A stretch of DNA of 64,000 nt. It comes from Crocinitomicaceae bacterium. Lineage in GTDB: Bacteria > Bacteroidota > Bacteroidia > Flavobacteriales_D > Crocinitomicaceae. The DNA is taken from the NCBI GenBank assembly GCA_044372835.1, contig JBILRE010000010.1, forward strand, positions 7,039-71,038. The letters run 5' to 3'. Numbering within the stretch: the first letter of the stretch is position 1; the number at the start of each line of letters is the position of its first letter. Below, in pieces: positions 46,826 to 55,509 of this stretch. The notes below the pieces were generated by a model. It did no database searches. It was not told the origin of the DNA and worked only from the letters and a program-made list of their open reading frames with translations. Position numbers and translations under genes: made by a program.

Positions 46826-48253
46826 CTATATAAACGTTGACTCTCCATCCTTAGGAAGGACCAATTTTACGAAATCACTTGTTGATAAGCGTTCGGTTTT
46901 GAAATGGTATTCGTTCTTTACGTAGTTTGATAGCTTTTGCGTACCGAGTTTCTTTTTGATTTGTTCAGCAGAAATGTAAGCCACCTCCTTACCGGGAAGA
47001 ACTGCGAAGAAATAGCACTCCCCTCCTACATATGGAATCTCGTCCCATTCAAAAGCATTGAAGCTAAATACACTTCGTTCATCTTTCATCACCATGTATA
47101 AAACCACATGGTTTAACTCTGGTATTAATTGGTCTTCGAAATCAAAACTCAGGGCAATGTGTGGAGCCTGATTCAGGTTTTTTAGTTTATCAATGTTGTA
47201 AATACCGAACGAACTGATGGTGAACTTGCTTATTATACTCGCCTCGGTATTCTTTCGTCCCTCCTCATTCCGAACGTTTACCATGAGGTCATTGAAGGCT
47301 ACAATATCTTCATCAAACTGTTTTATAGTTGCACTTAGATCCGCTTCTTTTAAATTTGGGCAGGCCACCATAGAAAAGTTGGTGGTAATGATATCTCCCG
47401 AATAGGTGAGCGATTCTTTGGAAAACTTCAAATCAAAGGTTCCTTTTCGACCCGGAATTTGCGCAATGTCAATCATATCCCAATTGAATCTTAACGCCTG
47501 GGACGGTTCAATCGTTGTATCGCAAGAAAGAAGCCTCCAAGTCACGCCTTCCCAGCTTTTCAAATGAGGCATTCGAACCGGGTCTCCAACCAACTCGAAT
47601 TCAAACGAACCTGCAGACTCGTTGGTCAAAGACTGTTTTTTTATCATTTCTTTATGCTCTTTTTTCGACTTTTTTGGCTTCAAGGAAGATCCAATTCTTT
47701 CGGTCTTGCCAACTTTCTTTTCGCGCTTAAAGCTTTTGCCTTCGTCCCACTCTTGTTCATTTTGAAGTTTATACAGCTTGTAGGTGACGTCCGGTTCGAA
47801 TGGTGCAGCGAGCTCAATAGTAACTTCTTTTGCCAATACTAATTCTTCTTCTCCCTGAAAAGCACGCAGTTCCATCATTCCGGCAGATGAAAAATAATCG
47901 GTACGGTCAGGGCCGAATTGCATGGGTATACCGGATAATGCGATTTCGTCTGCATTTTGAAATTCGCGAAATTGAAGGGTTATTTTGCCTTTAACCGGTT
48001 TTCCATTTTTGGTGATTACCGCGTTTGCGGGAATGAAAACCGTTGTTCCTGACGGCGCATGGTAGGTAAAAGCTTTTTGCGAATTCATCATGATTTTAGT
48101 GTACGGCATCCCTATTTCCAGCGGTGGATTGACACCATTTGGGTATTTTTTCAATTCATTAAGGTATATGAACCCCAGTATAGACAATGAAATCAACAAG
48201 AGTCCGCTGTATAATCCAACCATTCCTACTTTCTTCTTCTTAAATGCGTTCAT
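46826..48253 (-). CDS. Single-pass membrane protein of unknown function
   Basis: One N-terminal TM helix is present (VGLYSGLLLISLSILGFIY), followed by a Lys-rich linker (KPKKSKKEHKEMIKK). I recognised no family motif. It sits between the beta-propeller and hydrolase genes with gaps of 11 and 66 nt. Confidence 0.6.
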   Translation of the reverse strand: MNAFKKKKVGMVGLYSGLLLISLSILGFIYLNELKKYPNGVNPPLEIGMPYTKIMMNSQKAFTYHAPSGTTVFIPANAVITKNGKPVKGKITLQFREFQNADEIALSGIPMQFGPDRTDYFSSAGMMELRAFQGEEELVLAKEVTIELAAPFEPDVTYKLYKLQNEQEWDEGKSFKREKKVGKTERIGSSLKPKKSKKEHKEMIKKQSLTNESAGSFEFELVGDPVRMPHLKSWEGVTWRLLSCDTTIEPSQALRFNWDMIDIAQIPGRKGTFDLKFSKESLTYSGDIITTNFSMVACPNLKEADLSATIKQFDEDIVAFNDLMVNVRNEEGRKNTEASIISKFTISSFGIYNIDKLKNLNQAPHIALSFDFEDQLIPELNHVVLYMVMKDERSVFSFNAFEWDEIPYVGGECYFFAVLPGKEVAYISAEQIKKKLGTQKLSNYVKNEYHFKTERLSTSDFVKLVLPKDGESTFI

Positions 48254-48264
48254 AGTCCTATTTT

Positions 48265-49635
48265 TTAATTTTTTACCAATTTATCATTAGAAATACCCAG
48301 TTTGAAGCAATACAATTTACCGTTGAAGCCTCCAATTAAAACATCTAGCATACCATCCTCATTCGCATCCAATATTTCTGGGGTGTATTCAGACGTGCAA
48401 GGCATATATGTTTTTTTATGCACTTTTCCCGTTTTAGTGCCAATAATCAACACTGGACTCTGTTCGAGGTCATTATCATACTCATACTGCAGTACAGCGA
48501 GGATGCACTGTTCGCCGTTGAAATGAATTTGCCGCTTGGCAATTTGCGCCTCGGGAAAACGTGAGTAGGCATTTCCTTCATCGTCCAATGCCGTTGCGTT
48601 TTCCAGGGGAATGATTCGAACAGCAGTGTTGTTTTTATCGGGTATCAACAGGGCTTTTGACGTCATAAAAGTCCCTTCGCTTTGACTTAATTTCGGGTTA
48701 CCGAGAGATTCTGAACATTCTTGAATACTCAATAAGGTACCCTTAGTATTGAAAATCGCTATTCCTGATTTTCCGACAGTAGTAGTTGCTTCATCATAAT
48801 CCCCGAGAATTGGACAAACGATTCGAGCATCCTTCCCTTTACCCATAATCATTGGCTTTTGAGTACCGAGGTTAATAGCGTATTTATTGTTAATTCGGCT
48901 GTTTATTGCCCATATTGGTTTCCCTGATTTTCCATCTAGAGCCAATAGGCTGCCATAGTCGTGGTTGTACAAAAGATCCTCCACCCCATCGCTATTGAGA
49001 TCCAGTACGGCAGGTTCGTCAAAAAAACGCTGACCAGAATGGAAATACATTTTCACTTTGAAAACGGTACGACTATCCCCTGGTTTCCATCCTTTGTAAT
49101 CTGGGACGAAAAAATTCCAGGCCGTTTTACCCGTTTTGGGATGAACGGCATGAACTTGACCTGTTTCGGTAGCAAAAACAACGAATGGATTCTTACCGTT
49201 ATGAATCAGGATAGGTTGGTGTTCTACATCACCTGCAACGTGGATTCTCCAGTTCACTTTACCTGTTTTGGTGACGGACATTGCTTCTTCATTGTCGTTC
49301 CCAAAAAAGATGTTCCCATCGTGGTAGAGTATACCATTGACATCCATATCACCAAACTGTTCGCCTGAGAAGCGATGGATAATTTTACCTGTTTTTCGAT
49401 TAAGTAGGTAAATACCATTGTCCTCGTCTAGCGCATAATCCATAAAATGGCGTCCATTGGATCCAATACAAATAAGATCCTCAAACGTGACACTTTCAGT
49501 TCTGTAGCTTGTAAAACCAATATCGGCAGTCCACAATTGTTCTAAATCTGATTCCACCGTTTCCTTTTCATCGACAGAAGATGCTCCCATCGTAATGAAC
49601 GTTAGACCCAGGATTATCCAACCCACTTTTCTCAT
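48265..49635 (-). CDS. PQQ-like beta-propeller protein with FG-GAP/Ca-binding loops
   Basis: A signal/anchor sequence is present. The propeller motif 'TGK..W' recurs: NRKTGKIIHRF, TKTGKVNWRI, HPKTGKTAWNF, DGKSGKPIWAI, TKTGKVHKKT. DxNxDG loops are also present (LDLNSDGVEDLL, LDANEDGMLDVLIGG). Confidence 0.7.
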   Translation of the reverse strand: MRKVGWIILGLTFITMGASSVDEKETVESDLEQLWTADIGFTSYRTESVTFEDLICIGSNGRHFMDYALDEDNGIYLLNRKTGKIIHRFSGEQFGDMDVNGILYHDGNIFFGNDNEEAMSVTKTGKVNWRIHVAGDVEHQPILIHNGKNPFVVFATETGQVHAVHPKTGKTAWNFFVPDYKGWKPGDSRTVFKVKMYFHSGQRFFDEPAVLDLNSDGVEDLLYNHDYGSLLALDGKSGKPIWAINSRINNKYAINLGTQKPMIMGKGKDARIVCPILGDYDEATTTVGKSGIAIFNTKGTLLSIQECSESLGNPKLSQSEGTFMTSKALLIPDKNNTAVRIIPLENATALDDEGNAYSRFPEAQIAKRQIHFNGEQCILAVLQYEYDNDLEQSPVLIIGTKTGKVHKKTYMPCTSEYTPEILDANEDGMLDVLIGGFNGKLYCFKLGISNDKLVKN

Positions 49636-49742
49636 TTTCTTAACGTTTTAATTGAACATCTTTGGAGGTGATCACAGGGGCAGAACGTAGTGGTTTATAA
49701 AAAATAACACTACCATTCTGTTCATTCTTACATTTCTTAGTG

Positions 49743-49750
49743 TATTTTTG
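49743..49750 (+). promoter_or_regulatory. Putative -7 box for the CotH-GH13-GH31 unit
   Basis: TATTTTTG lies 18 nt upstream of ATG 49769. Confidence 0.45.
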
Positions 49751-49768
49751 ACATAATGAACATACTTT

Positions 49769-51193
49769 ATGATACAACGAGTAATTCTGTTTATTGCATT
49801 GTTTATTGGGATTAATTCCAAGGCCCAAACCGCTCACCCGCCTAACAACCAAGCCTTTTTGCAGGATGAAGTAGCAACTATACGGATACTTGTTTCTCCT
49901 GATAGTTTGGCTTTGCTGTTTCACCCGGACAATCTGACATCGAATCATGAATATCCCGCGACCTTCATTTATGAAAGTTCGAATGGGACAGATACAGTTA
50001 CCAATGTTGGGTTTCGTTTGCGAGGAAACACATCGCGGTTTGCGGATAAAAAATCGTTTAAGGTATCTTTCAATTCTTTTATTCAGGGAAACAAATGGAA
50101 TGGACTTGAGAAATTGAATTTGAACGGCGAGCACAATGATCCATCGATATTAAGGTCCTATTTGAGTTTCCACTTATTGAAAACTTCAGGAGCATGCGCT
50201 CCGAGGAACAGTTATATTAAGCTGTTTATCAATGGCTCTTACCGTGGCTTATATTTCAATTCCGAACACATTGACGAGGAATTCCTCCAACTTCGTTTCC
50301 CGAACGACGACGATGGAAACTTGTACAAAGCAAGTTGGGGAGCCAACCTAGGTTATTTGGGTAGTAATCCTGCCAATTATGTGGACCTTTATGAATTAAA
50401 AACGAATACATCCACCGGAAATCATGGTCCGTTGGTTCAATTCATTACCGCCCTAAATCAAACTTCTGATGCTGATTTTCCCTGTTTGATTCAACAACTA
50501 TTTGATGTTGACCAATACCTTCGGGCGTTGGCCGTTGAGCTACTATGTGGTCATTGGGATGGCTATGCGTACAACAAAAACAATTATTTTCTTTATCAAA
50601 GGCCTTCCGATGGGAAATTTGTTTTCATAGAATATGACATGGACAATACGTTTGGCATTGATTGGATGGGTATTAATTGGTCGACGCGGCCGTTGTTGGA
50701 TTGGAGTCACCCAACCGAATCCCGACCTTTATATGAGCGTATCCTTTCTGTCCCTTACTTTGCGGATCAACTTTCATTTTATGTGGGAGAACTTCTGGAT
50801 AGTTCTTTTTCTAATGCTCAACTCAACATGTTATTGGTCAACAAACAGGATTTGATAGAACCTGCTGCTTTGGCTGATAACTACAAGGGCTTGGATTATG
50901 GATTCAGCGACGCTGATTTCCAGAATGCCATTTTCCAAGCGTGGGGAGGCCATGTGACAATGGGTTTGGCAACTTTTATTTCGAACCGGGCGAATTCGGC
51001 TAGTTCAGAAATCAATTTCCAACACCTCAATAACCCTTGTCCGTTGGGCATTTCGGATAATAACTTAGATCAAGTAGCGACCATCCAAACGTTTAACCTA
51101 TTAGGGCAACCCCTATCCTACCCCATTGCAAATACAGTAGTATTACAGCTTATGTCGGATGGCTCCGTCAGAAAAACATATCTAATGGACTAA
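49769..51193 (+). CDS. CotH-kinase-family protein with T9SS C-terminal sorting domain
   Basis: A signal peptide is present (..FIGINSKAQ). CotH-type motifs: FRLRGNTSR, NGSYRGLYFNSEHIDEEFL, GHWDGYAYNKNNYFLY, FIEYDMDNTFG. The C-terminal ~45 aa resemble a short T9SS CTD (IQTFNLLGQPL....DGSVRKTYLMD). Confidence 0.7.
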   Translation: MIQRVILFIALFIGINSKAQTAHPPNNQAFLQDEVATIRILVSPDSLALLFHPDNLTSNHEYPATFIYESSNGTDTVTNVGFRLRGNTSRFADKKSFKVSFNSFIQGNKWNGLEKLNLNGEHNDPSILRSYLSFHLLKTSGACAPRNSYIKLFINGSYRGLYFNSEHIDEEFLQLRFPNDDDGNLYKASWGANLGYLGSNPANYVDLYELKTNTSTGNHGPLVQFITALNQTSDADFPCLIQQLFDVDQYLRALAVELLCGHWDGYAYNKNNYFLYQRPSDGKFVFIEYDMDNTFGIDWMGINWSTRPLLDWSHPTESRPLYERILSVPYFADQLSFYVGELLDSSFSNAQLNMLLVNKQDLIEPAALADNYKGLDYGFSDADFQNAIFQAWGGHVTMGLATFISNRANSASSEINFQHLNNPCPLGISDNNLDQVATIQTFNLLGQPLSYPIANTVVLQLMSDGSVRKTYLMD

Positions 51194-51197
51194 GAAA

Positions 51198-53048
51198 ATG
51201 AATCATCTATTTCACTCTTTCATTGCCTCTTTGGTAGTACTATATTCCTTTTCTGCGGGAGCACAAGGGATTGAACGAATTGAGCCACCTTTCTGGTGGA
51301 CTGACATGCACCATTCTGAAGTGGAGGTAATGGTTTACGGAAAAGGAATTGGAACCTGCACGGTTCAATCGGATGATTTGTTGATTAATGGAGTTGTCAA
51401 AACAGAAAACCCGAATTACCTTTTTATTAAGATAAATACTGCCCAAAAAGAACCAGGGAACTATGAAATTCGATTGACCAACCTTAAAGGTAAAGTGTTG
51501 ACTTTATCCTTTGAATTGAAATCCCGGCGAACCGGATCAGCTGAACGAAATGGTTTCGACCAAAACGATGTCGTATACCTTTTAATGCCGGATCGATTTG
51601 CTAATGGGGACCTATCTAATGACTCACATGCATCTGTTACTGAGAAGGTGAATCGTGCACATTCCGGCGGCAGGCATGGAGGGGATTTGAAGGGCATGAC
51701 CCAACACCTAGATTACATTCAAGAGCTCGGAGCATCTGTTATTTGGCCAACCCCACTGTTTGAAGATAATGATTCCACTTATTCGTACCACACTTATGGA
51801 CAGAGTGATTTATACAAAATTGACCCAAGGTATGGAACGAATGAAGATTATGTTCAATTTGTAACGAAAGCGCATGAAAAAGGCTTAAAAGTTATACAAG
51901 ACGTTGTACCCAACCATTGGGGCAACAATCATTGGATGATGAAAGACTTGCCTACCTATGAATGGATTCATCAATTTCCTGGGTACAAGCAAACGCATTA
52001 CCGCATTTCGGCTCAAATGGATCCTTATCGCGCAGAACAAGACGAAACGCTATGTGATGACGGGTGGTTTGTTAGGTCAATGCCGGATCTAAACCAATCC
52101 AATCCATTGGTATTAAATTACTTGATTCAAAACACCATTTTTTGGATGGAGTATGCCAATTTGGACGGTTTGCGGATTGATACATATCCATACAACGACA
52201 AAAGCGCCATATCAACCTATACGGAAGCCATCATGAGCGAATACCCACAAATTAACCTTGTTGGAGAGGTATGGTTGCATGACCAAGCTCAAGTTTCCTA
52301 CTGGCAAAAAAACAGTCCGATTGGTGCAATTGACCATTACAATAGCCACCTTCCCTCCGTGATGGATTTCACTCTACATGATGCCTTGATGGCAGCTTTC
52401 AAAGAAAATGAGCAGGGCTGGGACAAAGGTTGCGTTCGGTTTTATGAGAATTTCGTGAATGACTTTTTATACGATAATCCGAATAACCTACTGGTTTTCA
52501 TGGAAAACCATGATACACAGCGATTTAACGAACTGTATTCTGATATAAAAGATTACCAGTTGGCATTAACTCTGATTAGTACAATACGGGGTATTCCGCA
52601 AATTTACTACGGCAGTGAGGTGGGAATGCAAGGAAGGAAAGAAGCGGGTGATGGCGATATTAGAAGGGATTTTCCGGGAGGTTGGCCTAATGATGCAACA
52701 AACGCTTTTGTTCGTTCTGGAAGAAATGAAAAAGAGGAGGCATATCATTCTTTTACATCGAAGGTATTGAACTGGCGTAAAACCAATGAAGCAGTTCACA
52801 ACGGTAAAACCCTTCAATTCATTCCGGAAAACAATGTGTTCGTATACTTTCGGATCTGGAAGGAAAAAACGGTCATGGTCATCCTGAACAACAACACTAC
52901 TACTCAATCGTTGGATTTAAAGCGTTTTCATCAAGGTTTGGGAGTAAAGAGCAAAGGTAAGGATGTTTTATCAGGCAAGGAGGTTGACCTCAAGATCAAT
53001 GCACTGGAAATTGGTGCAAAAACTCCCATGATCCTCGAACTTTATTAG
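51198..53048 (+). CDS. GH13 alpha-amylase-family enzyme (cyclomaltodextrinase/neopullulanase-like, with Cyc-maltodext N-domain)
   Basis: A signal peptide is followed by IEPPFWWTDM. All four GH13 regions are present: QDVVPNHWG, DGLRIDTYPY, LVGEVWL, FMENHDTQR. Confidence 0.9.
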   Translation: MNHLFHSFIASLVVLYSFSAGAQGIERIEPPFWWTDMHHSEVEVMVYGKGIGTCTVQSDDLLINGVVKTENPNYLFIKINTAQKEPGNYEIRLTNLKGKVLTLSFELKSRRTGSAERNGFDQNDVVYLLMPDRFANGDLSNDSHASVTEKVNRAHSGGRHGGDLKGMTQHLDYIQELGASVIWPTPLFEDNDSTYSYHTYGQSDLYKIDPRYGTNEDYVQFVTKAHEKGLKVIQDVVPNHWGNNHWMMKDLPTYEWIHQFPGYKQTHYRISAQMDPYRAEQDETLCDDGWFVRSMPDLNQSNPLVLNYLIQNTIFWMEYANLDGLRIDTYPYNDKSAISTYTEAIMSEYPQINLVGEVWLHDQAQVSYWQKNSPIGAIDHYNSHLPSVMDFTLHDALMAAFKENEQGWDKGCVRFYENFVNDFLYDNPNNLLVFMENHDTQRFNELYSDIKDYQLALTLISTIRGIPQIYYGSEVGMQGRKEAGDGDIRRDFPGGWPNDATNAFVRSGRNEKEEAYHSFTSKVLNWRKTNEAVHNGKTLQFIPENNVFVYFRIWKEKTVMVILNNNTTTQSLDLKRFHQGLGVKSKGKDVLSGKEVDLKINALEIGAKTPMILELY

Positions 53049-53053
53049 ACCAA

Positions 53054-55429
53054 ATGAAAGCAATTGTTAATTTCTTATTCCTTTTCCTTTTAACAAATGG
53101 TTATAGCCAGTCAAATCGCCAATTTATCGGTTGGAGGGAAACAGACACATCCGTCCGTATTGAAGTGTCAGATGGTTTTTATGAAATTTCAGCTTATTCC
53201 AATCATAACCTCGAAGTATGGTTTTTTCCTGCAGGTGAAATGACTAAGAAAACCTCACATGCCGTGATTGCCAAAAGAACATCAAAACCCTTTGACGTTC
53301 GGGACATGAAAAAGCAACTGACACTCCGCAATTCAAGCATGCGGTTAGAGGTAGATAAATTGAATTTTCAGTTGCGCTTTTACCGTGAAAAAGAGTTGTT
53401 ATTCACCGAATCAAAAGGATATTACGCCCATGACAATATGCATCATCTCGGGTTTTCGATAAGTCCAGGCGAACAGCTCTTTGGCGGAGGAGCCCGTGCA
53501 TTGGGAATGAACCGTCGAGGAAACCGACTAGAATTGTATAACAAAGCACATTATGGCTATGAGGAACGTTCAGAATTGATGAATTACACCATGCCGATTG
53601 TGTTCAGTTCTAAAAAATATTTGCTCCATTTTGACAATGCTCCTATTGGTTTTATCGATCTAGATACTCAAAAGGACAATACCCTCACTTATGGAACCAT
53701 TAGTGGACGCTATTGCTATCAAGTAACCGCAGGAGAGAACTGGAAAGAGGTATTGGAACACTACACTGCCATGACGGGTAGACAACCAATGCCTCCGAGA
53801 TGGGTTTTTGGCAACTTTGCGAGTCGATTTGGATATCATTCGGAGAATGAAACAAGGGCCGTTGTTGAAAAATTCCGTAATGACGATATACCGCTAGATG
53901 CGGTGGTGTTGGATTTGTATTGGTTTGGAAAGGACATCCAAGGAACATTAGGCAACCTAGAATTTTACCGTGACTCTTTTCCGACGGGTGAGCGCATGAT
54001 TCAGGACTTCACCAACCTTGGGATTAAAACAGTGTTAATTACTGAACCTTTTATACTCACCACCTCCAAACGGTGGAATGAGGCAGCAGATGGTGGTATT
54101 TTATGTACCGACAGTTTGGGTAACCCATTTACTTATGACTTTTATTTTGGTCATACGGGTTTGATAGACATTTATAGCGAACAAGGTAAATCTTGGCTTT
54201 GGAACGTTTATGCCAATTTGCATCGAATGGGCGTTCGAGGTTTTTGGGGGGACTTGGGAGAACCCGAAGTTCATCCGAAAGGACTGTATCATGCCACAGG
54301 TTCAGCAGATGAACTGCACAATAGGTATGGACACGATTGGGCTGGGTTGATTTACCAAGGATTTCGAAAGGAATTCCCTGAGAACCGACCATTCATACTT
54401 ATGAGGTCAGGGTTTTCGGGCAGTCAGCGGTATGGAATAATTCCATGGTCGGGTGATGTGAACCGAACGTGGGGTGGGCTTAAATCCCAAATGGAAATTT
54501 CGTTGCAAATGGGCATGCAAGGAATTGGTTATATGCACTCAGATCTTGGTGGATTCGCTGGTGCCAAAGATGATCCAGAGCTATACATTCGTTGGTTGCA
54601 ATACGGCGTTTTTCAACCGGTTTTCAGGCCGCACGCCCAGGAGCAGGTAGCAAGCGAACCTGTTTTCAAGGATGAGAAAACGAAACAATTGGCCCGCAAG
54701 GCGATTGAACTCAGGTATGCCATGCTACCCTACAACTACACGTTAGCCTATCAGAATTCAACTTCAGGAACCCCACTTATGCGCCCATTATTATTCGAAG
54801 ATGCGGACATTTCCGCCTCCCCCACTTGCCAAACTTATTTTTGGGGACAAGATTTTCTGGTAACACCAGTGGTAGATAGTGCTGCTAACCATGTAACCGT
54901 AAGAATTCCACCAACATCCATTTGGTATGACTTCCATCGGGGGACTCGCATCGAAAATAGCAATATCAATGCTATTGACTTGGAATATCAAGTTACGCCT
55001 TACCACATTCCTGTTTTGGTTCGAGCTGGGGCCATAATTCCTATGACAAGGCACTTAAACAACACTGAAAAATACCACAGTGATTCGCTGGAAGTGCATG
55101 TATACTTAGATTCTCAGGTAAAATCCTCTCACGGAATTCTTTATGAAGACGACGGTAAAAATGCAAATGCACTGAGTACAAGCGAATATTCCATTACGCA
55201 ATTTGACCTAATCTGCAACAAGAAAGCAGTTACCTTGCGTATTGATTCGAAAGGGAAACAATCTGGCTCAAAAAGAAAAATGCGCATAATCTTACACCAA
55301 ATTCAACATAGACCTCAAAGCGTTATGTTAGGTGAAACCATTCTTCCTTTTTTGTACGACGAAAACCTGAAAACCCTAACCCTTGACTTGGTACAGGATA
55401 ATTCAAATTTCGAATTGGAGGTAAAATAA
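53054..55429 (+). CDS. GH31 alpha-glucosidase
   Basis: A signal peptide is present. GH31-type motifs: DAVVLDLYWFG, FWGDLGEPE, RSGFSGSQRYGIIPWSGD, FRPHA. Confidence 0.85.
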   Translation: MKAIVNFLFLFLLTNGYSQSNRQFIGWRETDTSVRIEVSDGFYEISAYSNHNLEVWFFPAGEMTKKTSHAVIAKRTSKPFDVRDMKKQLTLRNSSMRLEVDKLNFQLRFYREKELLFTESKGYYAHDNMHHLGFSISPGEQLFGGGARALGMNRRGNRLELYNKAHYGYEERSELMNYTMPIVFSSKKYLLHFDNAPIGFIDLDTQKDNTLTYGTISGRYCYQVTAGENWKEVLEHYTAMTGRQPMPPRWVFGNFASRFGYHSENETRAVVEKFRNDDIPLDAVVLDLYWFGKDIQGTLGNLEFYRDSFPTGERMIQDFTNLGIKTVLITEPFILTTSKRWNEAADGGILCTDSLGNPFTYDFYFGHTGLIDIYSEQGKSWLWNVYANLHRMGVRGFWGDLGEPEVHPKGLYHATGSADELHNRYGHDWAGLIYQGFRKEFPENRPFILMRSGFSGSQRYGIIPWSGDVNRTWGGLKSQMEISLQMGMQGIGYMHSDLGGFAGAKDDPELYIRWLQYGVFQPVFRPHAQEQVASEPVFKDEKTKQLARKAIELRYAMLPYNYTLAYQNSTSGTPLMRPLLFEDADISASPTCQTYFWGQDFLVTPVVDSAANHVTVRIPPTSIWYDFHRGTRIENSNINAIDLEYQVTPYHIPVLVRAGAIIPMTRHLNNTEKYHSDSLEVHVYLDSQVKSSHGILYEDDGKNANALSTSEYSITQFDLICNKKAVTLRIDSKGKQSGSKRKMRIILHQIQHRPQSVMLGETILPFLYDENLKTLTLDLVQDNSNFELEVK

Positions 55430-55443
55430 TTTCTTAGTGTCAT

Positions 55444-55473
55444 TTTGACATATTAAATTTTCGTTTAATTTTG
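55444..55473 (+). promoter_or_regulatory. Putative Bacteroidota promoter (-33 TTTG plus -7 TAATTTTG) for susC-susD
   Basis: TTTG at 55444-55447 and TAATTTTG at 55466-55473 are separated by 18 nt. ATG 55510 lies 36 nt downstream. Confidence 0.5.
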
Positions 55474-55509
55474 ACAATGTAGTCGTTTAGAAACCTTTAA
55501 ACTGCAGTT

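Noticed and set aside
49640-50134. A 164-aa minus-strand ORF spans the intergenic region and the 5' part of the CotH gene.
   Set aside because: It overlaps a well-supported plus-strand gene and its promoter. Its composition is Arg/Lys/Cys/Gln-rich, it has no motif, and it looks like an antisense artefact.
55442-55476. A perfect 9-bp direct repeat ATTTTGACA (55442-55450 and 55468-55476) upstream of susC. A related TTTTGACATA lies upstream of the CotH gene (49746-49755). I first considered it a PUL operator.
   Set aside because: The two copies coincide with the expected -33 (TTTG) and -7 (TAnnTTTG) promoter elements at the right spacing, so ordinary promoter architecture explains the repeat. 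A regulator site cannot be excluded, but I cannot support it.
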